20,000 nucleotides of DNA from an uncultured virus (IMG/VR IMGVR_UViG_3300042447_000416) (Duplodnaviria > Heunggongvirae > Uroviricota > Caudoviricetes), in IMG/VR virus record IMGVR_UViG_3300042447_000416; one strand, written 5' to 3'. Every line of letters starts with the position of its first letter. The stretch's first letter is position 1. Below, piece by piece: positions 6,909 to 15,374 of this stretch. Made by a program: the position numbers and the translations under genes. The notes under the pieces were generated by a model. The model searched no databases. It saw only the letters and a program-made list of their open reading frames with translations, and had not been told where the DNA came from.

Positions 6909-9101
6909 TTATGCTATGGCTATAGTAGAATTAACAATAAACCAAGGTTCTGGGGAAGTTCTAATATCATAAACCTTTGAATCAAAATCATCTACTTCAA
7001 TTGATTCTACTACAATATTTGAGACTGACCCGCTTGAATCTACATTTATAATTACATCCCCAATATTAATATCTCCAGCATTTCTATATTCTATTCCTTC
7101 TGAATTTTTAATAAATATAGGCTGATTAATAGAATAGTTTTTACCAATTTTATTAAATCCAATTAATGTTGAAGTTTTTTCTGTTATAGAAACAACCTTT
7201 ACATTTGAAAATTCAATAACGGATGGTAATTCCTGTGATGTCTTATTTTGAGATACAGAATTAAGGTTTATGTTTGAACGGCTAATCGATATAAGGTCAT
7301 CTCCAACAAAAATATCTTTTGCTTTTACTAAACCATTTTTAGTAAAGACAAGTCCGTCTGGTGATATACAGGCTTTACCTCCCTTAAATGATGGTGGGAA
7401 GAACGGTGGAACGTTTGGTTCAAAAATTGGTGGGAAGAACGGTGGTATGCCACCATCGACTCCAAAACTTGGTGGGAAGAACGGTGGGAAGAACGGTGGG
7501 AAGAACGGTGGTGCAAAAACTGGTGCTGGGTCAGTTGATTGACATGCTGGATAACTTGTCCCAAACGAACACTGACGAGAGTAGCCGCTACCAGATGCGG
7601 ACGTGTCGGAACCAGGTTTTGTGTAGCTGCAATTACCTACGCCAGCTCCAGGACTAGAGGTTGTACAATGCCATTCGCTTTGTATGCCTATTGGTGCGGG
7701 ATCTGTTGATTGGCATGCTGGATATGTTCCAGTGTTGTTGTATATACACTGACGAGAGTAGCCGCTACCAGATCCTGAATTATCAAAACCAGGGGCTGTG
7801 TAACTACAGTTACCTACGCCAGCACCTGGAGAAGAGGTTGTGCAATACCATTGAGAAGCTGGTGCTGGGTTAGTTGATTGACATGCTGGATAAGTTGTTC
7901 CAAATGTGCACTGACGAGAGTAGCCGCTACCAGATGCGGAGTTATCAAAACCAGGGTCAGTATAACTACAGTTGCCTACGCCACCGCCGTTGGTAGAGGT
8001 TGTGCATTTCCATGTGTTTGGTGCTGGAGGATATGTTATGGTTACGGCTGGAGAAGAAAGCCAGGCGGTCTCTGTAAATCTTGGAGATGTTCCTATAATT
8101 AATACTACAAAAGATCCAAATGTATCTGGAGAAGCACCAGGTCGATCTATGTCTAAGAAATTAGTGCTAGGACTTGAAGATGCAGAGCTTGCATATACTG
8201 AACCATCATTGTACACTGTCCAACTAGTTACAGTTATGTTTGTAGCAGACCAAACCAATTTTCCTCCGTAACTGTAAGAAAGCATTCCTGCTGCAACTGA
8301 AGGTTTGTTTGGCTTTAAATCGGTAACCGATGCATTTTTGCCGTATCCGCTTAATGACGTTCCAGAAACATTGGATGTATTCAATGGATTAATTAATATT
8401 CCTAAAGTTCCTGAAGCGGATCCTGTGTCAATTGTAAATTTACATGTAGTACCTGATGTAGAATATACACCTTTTGCAGAATCTGTATTATTTACCATAC
8501 TAGTAACTTCTGTAAATGCTACTTCTGGTCCTTGGTATTGTATATAATAATCATTAGCGCCTTTTACTTTTTCCCATGTAAACTCTACTACGCCATTTGA
8601 CACAACATTAACAGTTATATCTCCTAAATTAGCGGGAGCAATTACTGGACTTGATAAGGTATATATATCTCCTGAATTTTTACCATCTGCATTAGTAGCC
8701 GAAACTTTACACCTAACCGCATAGCCAACATATTTTAATGTTTGTTGAGAATCCCATTCGTCTTCAGATAATGCCAAAGAGCTTGTTGTTTTATCAAGTA
8801 TGTTAGACCAATTAGATGTAGGATATGGAGCTTTTTGCCATTGATATTCAAATGTTGTTGGTGAATTTTCCCAAGTACCATTTGTTGTTAAAACTGTTTG
8901 TTCTGCAGCATAAAGAAATGATGAACCTTGCAAAGAAAGAGTTGGCAAAACTGTATTGACTGGAACTATTCCTAGTAGATTTTTCCACTCAGACCCATTC
9001 CAAACATAAGCCGCCTTAGAATCGTTCCAAGATGTTCCATCATGGATTTGAATCTTTTTTAAAGGATTCCAACTGGAACCATCAAAAATGTTTAGCGGCA
9101 T
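6909..9101 (-). CDS. Large virion/adhesin protein: Ig/FN3-like domains, three Cys-rich repeats, PPFF repeat, C-terminal Hint domain
   Basis: N-terminal (D/N)GxxW x3. Ig-like PVNTVLPT...NGTWENSPTTFEYQWQK...CKVSATNADG and FN3-like FTWEKVKGANDYYIQY. Hint begins CISPDGLVFTKNGLVKAKDIFVGD and ends VYDIRTSPEPWFIVNSTIAIA. Confidence 0.85.
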   Translation of the reverse strand: MPLNIFDGSSWNPLKKIQIHDGTSWNDSKAAYVWNGSEWKNLLGIVPVNTVLPTLSLQGSSFLYAAEQTVLTTNGTWENSPTTFEYQWQKAPYPTSNWSNILDKTTSSLALSEDEWDSQQTLKYVGYAVRCKVSATNADGKNSGDIYTLSSPVIAPANLGDITVNVVSNGVVEFTWEKVKGANDYYIQYQGPEVAFTEVTSMVNNTDSAKGVYSTSGTTCKFTIDTGSASGTLGILINPLNTSNVSGTSLSGYGKNASVTDLKPNKPSVAAGMLSYSYGGKLVWSATNITVTSWTVYNDGSVYASSASSSPSTNFLDIDRPGASPDTFGSFVVLIIGTSPRFTETAWLSSPAVTITYPPAPNTWKCTTSTNGGGVGNCSYTDPGFDNSASGSGYSRQCTFGTTYPACQSTNPAPASQWYCTTSSPGAGVGNCSYTAPGFDNSGSGSGYSRQCIYNNTGTYPACQSTDPAPIGIQSEWHCTTSSPGAGVGNCSYTKPGSDTSASGSGYSRQCSFGTSYPACQSTDPAPVFAPPFFPPFFPPFFPPSFGVDGGIPPFFPPIFEPNVPPFFPPSFKGGKACISPDGLVFTKNGLVKAKDIFVGDDLISISRSNINLNSVSQNKTSQELPSVIEFSNVKVVSITEKTSTLIGFNKIGKNYSINQPIFIKNSEGIEYRNAGDINIGDVIINVDSSGSVSNIVVESIEVDDFDSKVYDIRTSPEPWFIVNSTIAIA
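7393..7506. repeat. 12-bp GGTGGGAAGAAC repeats encoding PPFF
   Basis: Three tandem copies at 7471-7506 and single copies at 7393-7404 and 7429-7440. One base differs from the 12-mer at 1427-1462. Confidence 0.92.
7521..8012 (-). repeat. Three Cys-rich protein repeats (about 54-59 aa, 4 Cys each)
   Basis: WxCTTS(x)3GxGVGNCSYTxPGxDxSxSGSGYSRQC...YPACQST(N/D)PAP x3. An identical 27-bp core sits at 7570-7596, 7747-7773 and 7909-7935. Confidence 0.92.
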
Positions 9102-9111
9102 TTCAGGCTCC

Positions 9112-10605
9112 TTAGTATTGTATGTAAATATCTCCAGCAGAATTACCGCTTGCAGGTGGTGTTAAGCTTGTGCTATATGTAATTTTATTTATGTTAGCAG
9201 AAGAGCTTCCGTTAGTATATGTTCCGTTAATATTATTAGATGCAGCAGTGGTGGCAGCTGTAATAGATGATGTGATGGCTGATGGAATTGCAGACTCTAG
9301 TATTTTACCGTTTGAATCTAGCCCAGCATATCCATTATTTTCATTTCTTTCAGATTCTGGCTGGTACCCGCCTAATGAGTTATCAATACTATTTTTGGCT
9401 GTATCAGTATATGCTTTTGCTTCGGTTAAAGCGGCTGTAAGATTGGCAGAAGTTGCATATCCAGGAATTACTGGAGTTCCAGTAAATGTCGGCGAAGCAA
9501 TTGGAGCATAAGTTGTTGCTGCCAAGTCAGAAGACAATTTTGTTCCAACCAAAGTTGTTAATGTTGATGCACCAGTTTGATCTGATGCAATATAATCTGC
9601 AATTTCTTTAAGTGTATCAAATGAAGCTGGTGCCGCATTTACAACATTTGCTATTGCTGCAGAAATATCTGATGTTCTTGCTATGGAAGATGGAATCAGT
9701 GATAGTGGTATTAAAGCAGAAGCATCTAGTCCAGCTACGCCATTTAACATATTCCTATCTGACACTGGAATATATGCGCTAGAAATTTCTGTTCTTAAAT
9801 CATCTACAGCTGAAAGAGCAGCATTTAAAGAAGCAGTACGTGCAGCATTTGTTGCTGTAACAGCTCTTGCATTTGTAAAGTATAAATTAGTTCCTTCTGG
9901 TAATTGAGTTGTTGATGTAATTGGAGAAGGTACTGTAAAATTAGCTAATGAAGAGTCAACATAACTTCTGGTAGTAGTAATTAATGGGTCTACTATTGCT
10001 GATACTCTATTTGTTGTAAAATATAGGTTTGTTCCTTCTTCTATGTCTGAAGTAGTAATAAGATTAATTGCCGTGTTTATTTTTGTATCTGCAATTTGTC
10101 CCGCTAAAGTTACTGCGTTTGTAGATTTTGTTGTTGCATCTGCCGCTGCGGTAGTAATTGCTTCTTGGAATTTTGATGTTGTGTGTAAATTAGCTGAACT
10201 TAAAGCTTGTGCTGCAGATCCGTAAACATCAAAATATCCGTCTCCTGCAGTCCTTGCTCTTGCATTAGTAAAAAATAAATTTGTTCCTTCTAAAAGACTT
10301 GATGTTGTAAATGGACCAGAATTATTTATAGCATTTTGAATTGCCGTAGCGGCTTCTGTGTCTAAAGAAATTTGATCTGGTAATTGTGATAAAGGTATTT
10401 TGCCGTCAGAATTTAATGTAGCAATTCCATTTGCTTGTCCTGGTTTAAATGCATAGTTTGTAAGAAGATTCCATCTTTGGGTTCCGTTACCTATTTTAAA
10501 TTTAAGAGTATCAGTTTCTATTCCTATTTCACCGTTTAAAAGAAGTGGATTGTTCGCTGTCCAATTTGCTGCGGTGTCTCTTCTTAATTGAATTTTAAAT
10601 GCCAT
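9112..10605 (-). CDS. Tail fibre protein with Mtd_N-like N-terminal domain
   Basis: KIQLRRDTAANWTANNPLLLNGEIGIETDTLKFKIGNGTQRWN. EGTNL(Y/F)FT x3, NGxAxLxxxxxI x3, AAPASFDTLKEIAD and C-terminal GDIYIQY. Confidence 0.85.
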   Translation of the reverse strand: MAFKIQLRRDTAANWTANNPLLLNGEIGIETDTLKFKIGNGTQRWNLLTNYAFKPGQANGIATLNSDGKIPLSQLPDQISLDTEAATAIQNAINNSGPFTTSSLLEGTNLFFTNARARTAGDGYFDVYGSAAQALSSANLHTTSKFQEAITTAAADATTKSTNAVTLAGQIADTKINTAINLITTSDIEEGTNLYFTTNRVSAIVDPLITTTRSYVDSSLANFTVPSPITSTTQLPEGTNLYFTNARAVTATNAARTASLNAALSAVDDLRTEISSAYIPVSDRNMLNGVAGLDASALIPLSLIPSSIARTSDISAAIANVVNAAPASFDTLKEIADYIASDQTGASTLTTLVGTKLSSDLAATTYAPIASPTFTGTPVIPGYATSANLTAALTEAKAYTDTAKNSIDNSLGGYQPESERNENNGYAGLDSNGKILESAIPSAITSSITAATTAASNNINGTYTNGSSSANINKITYSTSLTPPASGNSAGDIYIQY

Positions 10606-11060
10606 TATGAATTACCTCCATCTAGTGATGGTGCGGCAAAGTCTTCTGACCCACCGCCACCTAAAGTTTCTTCTTCTGTTACTGCTGTTCCATCAAATAA
10701 TCCTGCGTCAAATAATGTTTCATCAACAAATGAAGGCTCATTTAAATTACTCATTGGGTTTCCTCCATCGTATCCTATAATTTGTGGTAAAACTGTTGCT
10801 GGTGTATCGGGATTAGATAATGATTTAAAATCAACTTGATTTTGAATATCAATCGTATGCACATCTCCATCAAACGTGTGTGTATGCATATAAAATGGAG
10901 TTGGATCTGTACTTGGTGGTGTTAATTCTATCCATGTAGTTCCATTGTGAACACGTAAATTTTTAGTTACGGTATTAATGTATATTTCGCCGACTTGTCC
11001 AAATACTGGGTCTGCTGACAGGGCCAGAAGTTTAAGTGGTACCAGCATCTGTCTTGACAT
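10605..11060 (-). CDS. Putative tail-associated virion protein
   Basis: GEIYINTVTKNLRVHNGTTW fibre-type motif and DGG motifs. Translationally coupled (TAATG) to the downstream fibre gene. Confidence 0.65.
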   Translation of the reverse strand: MSRQMLVPLKLLALSADPVFGQVGEIYINTVTKNLRVHNGTTWIELTPPSTDPTPFYMHTHTFDGDVHTIDIQNQVDFKSLSNPDTPATVLPQIIGYDGGNPMSNLNEPSFVDETLFDAGLFDGTAVTEEETLGGGGSEDFAAPSLDGGNS

Positions 11061-11062
11061 TA

Positions 11063-12034
11063 TTAACCTACTACAACTACTCTATATTCTCCAGCAGTTG
11101 GTGCGGAAGCAAAGTTAACAACTACAGCATTTGCATTTGATCTTTGAACATCTGCTTCTACCTGAGCAAACGGTGTGGCCGCTTCAAATATTTGAACGGT
11201 TACGTCTGTTGTTCCAAGATTGTGTGTTATTGTATAAGACGTTGCTGATGCGCCAAGTGTTTCTGAATATTTTCTAGCAATTGCATGATAATTTGTGCCG
11301 TTATTTGTTAATGTCCATGTATCAGATATTTCATTCCATAGAATTTCTGTATCTATTGAAGTTCCACGTTCTACAACAATTCCTGCATCTGTTGTAGGTG
11401 TTCCAGTAAATCCGCTATTAAGTTTTACTTTATTATCTTCAATGTTAATCTGTGTAGTGTTTACAGAGTTAACAGTTCCAATAACATTTAAGTTTCCGCC
11501 AACTTGTAAGTTACCAGTAATTTCGACATTGTCTGGTAAACCAATTGTTACTGCAGCATTATGTCCACTATTTGGAGAAACTGTAACTTCATTTGCTGTT
11601 CCAACAATAGTTGCTACATAGTCACCTGTTGTTTGCGTATCTAATGGTATAACTAGATTTGTATCGCTTGCTGATGTTAAACGACCCTGTTGATCTACCG
11701 TAAATGTTGGTACTTTTGTAATTGATCCATATGTTCCAGCTGTTACTGCAGTATCATCTAAATCTATTGTTGTTATATTTGTTGTGTCGTTAAATGATTT
11801 TGTTAAGCCAACTCCGCCTTCTACGTAAGACCCTATTGCATCGGTAATTACTTCTAGCGAACCAGAAGCTGGGATCCAAGAAGATCCATTATAGAAGTAT
11901 AATGTGTTGTCTGCTGTATTAAAATAAATTTGACCTGATACTGGGTTGCTTGGTGCTGCGCCTAAGTTTTGAATTCTAGCATTGAGCAACTCATTTTTGT
12001 TGAGATCAATACTAACTAAAAATTTTCTTGCCAT
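11063..12034 (-). CDS. Tail fibre-like virion protein
   Basis: GQIYFNTADNTLYFYNGSSW, VTAGTYGS...TVDQQGRLTSA, GNLQVGGNLNVIG, DAGIVVERG and C-terminal YTITHNLGTTDVTVQ. SD AAGGAG. Confidence 0.78.
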   Translation of the reverse strand: MARKFLVSIDLNKNELLNARIQNLGAAPSNPVSGQIYFNTADNTLYFYNGSSWIPASGSLEVITDAIGSYVEGGVGLTKSFNDTTNITTIDLDDTAVTAGTYGSITKVPTFTVDQQGRLTSASDTNLVIPLDTQTTGDYVATIVGTANEVTVSPNSGHNAAVTIGLPDNVEITGNLQVGGNLNVIGTVNSVNTTQINIEDNKVKLNSGFTGTPTTDAGIVVERGTSIDTEILWNEISDTWTLTNNGTNYHAIARKYSETLGASATSYTITHNLGTTDVTVQIFEAATPFAQVEADVQRSNANAVVVNFASAPTAGEYRVVVVG

Positions 12035-12050
12035 TTTTTTTATCTCCTTT

Positions 12051-12488
12051 TTAGGACAGGTATGCTGTCCCCGAAAATGGCTGGGCCATTGTCAATGTTA
12101 GTCTACTAGTACTATTATAGTCTATACCTGTTTCCAGTATATCACCTGAGCTTGATTTAACAGATACGTTTGGGTGGAAAAGCAAATTGTGGTTTATTAC
12201 TACTGAATACACCCCATTTACTGGCCCAGTTAATTGGGCTAGCTCCCAAGAATACATGAAAGATACCTGTTTATCTAAAACAAAGCTTTTTTCTACATTC
12301 CAGGTATTTGATGTAGGGGATTTTGGTCCCCAAAATCTTGTTGTTAAGGTATCAAAATAAAAATCTCCAGGTACGCCTAAAGAATTGGCTGGATTACCTT
12401 CTCCACTAATTATTGTTCTTCCAGGAGAGCCTGAAGCTCTTACTACTACTAAGGGGTTATTTTCGGTAACAATTAGGCGGGTTGCCAT
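12051..12488 (-). CDS. Putative tail-associated virion protein
   Basis: IISGEGNPANSLGVPGDFYFDT motif and a C-terminal INHNL..HPNVSV domain like that of 11063..12034. Coupled (TAATG) to the upstream gene. Confidence 0.65.
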   Translation of the reverse strand: MATRLIVTENNPLVVVRASGSPGRTIISGEGNPANSLGVPGDFYFDTLTTRFWGPKSPTSNTWNVEKSFVLDKQVSFMYSWELAQLTGPVNGVYSVVINHNLLFHPNVSVKSSSGDILETGIDYNSTSRLTLTMAQPFSGTAYLS

Positions 12489-12832
12489 TATAGTGTTACC
12501 GCCCTATTTAATGTTAAATATCCTTCTAATAATCTTGTTACATTTACACTAGGGTCAACTAAAACTAAATCATAAGCAGATTTTGGATAAAAAAGTTTTT
12601 TTGTTCTATCTGCTGAAATAGAAACTGAAAGTTTTCCAAGTGAGGGTGTTATTGTTATTCCATCTATTTCTGAAAGACTAAAGGCTAATTTTTTTCCACC
12701 TTGGGTATCTCTTACTTGCATTTTTGCTGTGTGGTGATTTAATTGTATGGGCTGATTATCTTCGTCAAGATATTGCAACTCAAAAGTAAACGTTGCGTTT
12801 TCGTCTACCTGAAAATTTTTTTGAGCTGCCAT
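12488..12832 (-). CDS. Small beta-sandwich virion protein (fibre/baseplate adaptor-like)
   Basis: ATFTFELQYLDEDNQPIQL..HTAKMQVR...YDLVL...RLLEG pattern of phage adaptor beta-sandwich proteins. First gene of the fibre cluster. Confidence 0.65.
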   Translation of the reverse strand: MAAQKNFQVDENATFTFELQYLDEDNQPIQLNHHTAKMQVRDTQGGKKLAFSLSEIDGITITPSLGKLSVSISADRTKKLFYPKSAYDLVLVDPSVNVTRLLEGYLTLNRAVTL

Positions 12833-12843
12833 TTTTTACCCCT

Positions 12844-12884
12844 AAAAAGAAAATACCCTTACACTATTTTAGCATAAGGGCATT
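12844..12884 (-). terminator. Intrinsic terminator after the holin, containing an extended -10 element
   Basis: Minus-strand AATGCCCTTATGCTA-AAA-TAGTGTAAGGGTATT (15 bp, 3 G-U) followed by TTCTTTTT. TGCTAAAAT (12866-12874) spans the loop. Confidence 0.7.
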
Positions 12885-12900
12885 CCCAATTGACTAATAA

Positions 12901-13143
12901 TTATTTAGCCACAAATCCGAATTCTTTGTTGCTTGGGCTTAGGGCCTTTAAAATTACTGGGGCAACTGCTGCTGCTCCAGCTGCAATTAAATCCTTTGGA
13001 TTTGTATTGCCAGTCATATATAGAGCGGTGGCTGCTGCCAAAAATGCTCTTCCGTATGTTCCAAGTGCTGCTAGTATTTGCTCTTGCATAGTCACTTTCC
13101 CATCTTTATTTAAATCAGCTTTATCAAAGTTTTTGATAGCCAT
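12901..13143 (-). CDS. Putative holin (two hydrophobic segments) with an N-terminal EF-hand-like loop
   Basis: YGRAFLAAATALYMTG and LIAAGAAAVAPVILKAL hydrophobic segments, charged tail, 80 aa, SD GAGGAG. The holin role is inferred from size and topology. Confidence 0.55.
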   Translation of the reverse strand: MAIKNFDKADLNKDGKVTMQEQILAALGTYGRAFLAAATALYMTGNTNPKDLIAAGAAAVAPVILKALSPSNKEFGFVAK

Positions 13144-13204
13144 TTTTTATCATCTCCTCGTGGGCGGTGTGCCCATGAATTTTGGGTATTATCCCAATCC
13201 TATA

Positions 13205-13213
13205 AGTTTACCA
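13205..13213 (-). promoter_or_regulatory. Extended -10 promoter (TGGTAAACT) for the holin gene
   Basis: TGnTAnnnT immediately after the nrdJ stop and about 60 nt upstream of the holin ATG. Confidence 0.55.
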
Positions 13214-15148
13214 CTAAGCTGAAATATCTACAAGTTCGCAATTACCGTCTGAACTGCAGGCTAGAGTGGCATTTGTTGAAGTTCCGTCTTCTGTTTCATA
13301 AAATGACAGATCTTCCCAGCGAATATTGCTAGGCATTTTTGCTACTAAAACATCATATTCTTCTTTTAAAATTTCTTGATATGGAGCTTGCTTATATGTA
13401 TGTTCTGAGTGAGGCAGAAATGAGATGCCAGAAACTTCATCAAAGTTTTTATAAACCCATGCCCCCACTTCCATCCATTCATCTTCTTTTACAGAAACTG
13501 TAATTGAAGGTTTATGTTCGCACCAAGCACGTTGGTATACAAGCCAAATATTTAAATGATCAATTGCAGTTAAATCGTTTCTAACAATTGCACCCTCTGG
13601 TGCCTTTACTGGAAATGAAAATACATAAGTTTCGTTTGGCTTCATTACATCATCTTCAACTGGAATTCCAACTTCTTTTAAAAATGTTGAAATTGGATCT
13701 CCCTTTGAACCACGAACTGTACGAACATAATATGGTGAATGCCAAGGATGCATCCCTGAAGATACCCCAACTAATTGAGACACTGTTCCAGAAGGTTTTA
13801 CACATGTAATTGCTGCAGACTCAGGAATTCCAATTTTTCCAGACTCTTCTCTATTTACTTCTCTTGCCTTTTCACGTAGTGTGGTCAAGAATGCTTCTAG
13901 TGCAACTAGGTCTTCTTTACCAGACATAAACTTGTGACCAAATTGTCCAGTCAAAGAAACTCCAAGAAGTCTTTCTTCTTCTGTATTGTCTTTCCAAATT
14001 TTTCTAAGATATTTAAAATCTGTAAGGGTCGATTGCCATGTCCCAAGAATAGTTGCTAGTTCTACCTTACGCTCAATATCTTTTTTAGTGTCGTTTTCAC
14101 GCAATACAACTTCTGAAAGATTACAAAATTGATATGGACGCAAAATAATTTCAGAACATGGGTTAGTTCCATAATGAATGTCTGGATCTCTTCGACCAAA
14201 TTTTGCAGCTTGCGCTTGCGCTGCAGCTACGTTATATATACCACGCTCTCCAGACTTGGAATCGTATAATGATTTCCATTCTGCAATAAACTGTTCCATT
14301 TCTGGTTTACGAGAGTATGCTACGGAATTGTTTGACAAGGCACGTTGTGAATTTTGCTCCCACCAATTTCCAGATTTTGCCTGTGCCATTTCTATATCGT
14401 TAATGTTTGAAAGTGAAATCATTGCGGAGCGTCTAACGCCACCTACAACCACAACTTCTCCAATTTTACACATAATGTCGTGACACTCAATTGGCTTAAG
14501 GTTTCTACCAGTTGCGTTTTTAAATTTTGCAATAGTGAAATCAAAAAGATTTACTAAAGGTTGCGGTCCAGATGATCTTCCACCCATTGTCTTAAGTCTT
14601 GCTCCTGCTGGCCTAACTTTAGAAATATCTATGGCTGGAATTTGTCCAGACCAAAGTAATGCAAGTAATTCACGATATGCCTTTGCCCATCCTTGTTTTG
14701 AATCTTCTACAGTTATTACAGTAGTAGATTTTTCCAAAGATTCTGGAACGGCAGGAAGCTTATTAATGTATTTATACTCAACGGAAAAGCCAACTCCAGT
14801 ACCACACATTAAAACATACATTGTTTCATCAAAAGATCTTGGAGAATCTACTGGCAAAAAGGCGCAATTGTATCCTGCTACATTATCTCTTTCTAGTGCG
14901 GCGCCAGATGTCATTACTGCTCTCATTGATGGCATTACATTTCTTTCAAACACGAACTCTTTTAATTCCGCAACTAGCTTTTCATTTGGAATATAATTAT
15001 AATTTTGCTTTAAATGATTTGTCATAAAAGAAAAATATCTATCTACTGTTTCTCCCCATGTCTCTCTACGTGATTCTGCCTCTACCCATTTAGCATATCT
15101 AGAAAGTGCAATAAAATTTTCATAAGGATTATTAATAGTATTTTTCAT
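13214..15148 (-). CDS. nrdJ: Class II (adenosylcobalamin-dependent) ribonucleotide reductase, monomeric RTPR type
   Basis: RETWGETVDRY, MPSMR, GYNCAF, GGVRRSA, active-site GTNPCSEI, FCNLSEV, TCVKPSGTVS, WCEHKPSITV and C-terminal redox Cys pair ACSSDGNCE. Confidence 0.93.
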   Translation of the reverse strand: MKNTINNPYENFIALSRYAKWVEAESRRETWGETVDRYFSFMTNHLKQNYNYIPNEKLVAELKEFVFERNVMPSMRAVMTSGAALERDNVAGYNCAFLPVDSPRSFDETMYVLMCGTGVGFSVEYKYINKLPAVPESLEKSTTVITVEDSKQGWAKAYRELLALLWSGQIPAIDISKVRPAGARLKTMGGRSSGPQPLVNLFDFTIAKFKNATGRNLKPIECHDIMCKIGEVVVVGGVRRSAMISLSNINDIEMAQAKSGNWWEQNSQRALSNNSVAYSRKPEMEQFIAEWKSLYDSKSGERGIYNVAAAQAQAAKFGRRDPDIHYGTNPCSEIILRPYQFCNLSEVVLRENDTKKDIERKVELATILGTWQSTLTDFKYLRKIWKDNTEEERLLGVSLTGQFGHKFMSGKEDLVALEAFLTTLREKAREVNREESGKIGIPESAAITCVKPSGTVSQLVGVSSGMHPWHSPYYVRTVRGSKGDPISTFLKEVGIPVEDDVMKPNETYVFSFPVKAPEGAIVRNDLTAIDHLNIWLVYQRAWCEHKPSITVSVKEDEWMEVGAWVYKNFDEVSGISFLPHSEHTYKQAPYQEILKEEYDVLVAKMPSNIRWEDLSFYETEDGTSTNATLACSSDGNCELVDISA

Positions 15149-15199
15149 TTGTCGCCTTTTTCTTCCGATTTACGGATTAATTATTTTGAGTGAGGTATA

Positions 15200-15208
15200 A
15201 GTGTATCA
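15200..15208 (-). promoter_or_regulatory. Extended -10 promoter (TGATACACT) upstream of nrdJ
   Basis: TGnTAnnnT about 50 nt upstream of the nrdJ ATG; same motif family as the other minus-strand promoters. Confidence 0.5.
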
Positions 15209-15335
15209 AACTTTTTTCTAAAAGAAAAGAAAAAATATTTTTATTGTTGTTTTTTAGTTAACTGTAATATATAATACTGTATATATAATATATTTTGATT
15301 TGTTTGATTTGCTGACCCCCCGACCCCCCTATGGA

Positions 15336-15363
15336 AGTATACTAAATATAGATTCTTTGTCAA
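15336..15363 (-). promoter_or_regulatory. Sigma70-type promoter, leftward
   Basis: TTGACA (15363-15358), 16-bp spacer, TATACT (15341-15336). Confidence 0.65.
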
Positions 15364-15374
15364 GAAAAAATTAT

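Noticed and set aside
2098..10605. Diversity-generating retroelement suggested by the Mtd_N-like domains
   Set aside because: No reverse transcriptase, no C-type-lectin variable region and no TR/VR pair with adenine-specific differences is visible in the window. Mtd_N alone is a generic fibre attachment domain.
526..15027. Plus-strand ORFs opposite the structural genes and nrdJ, and alternative-frame ORFs 1275..1565 and 7328..7564
   Set aside because: Shadow frames caused by codon bias and repeats in the real minus-strand genes; no RBS or family motifs.
15149..15330. Cobalamin riboswitch or NrdR boxes upstream of nrdJ
   Set aside because: The region is too AT-rich and unstructured for a B12 element and has no recognisable B12 box. 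The ACTGTA(A)TATATAAT repeats do not convincingly fit the NrdR palindrome.
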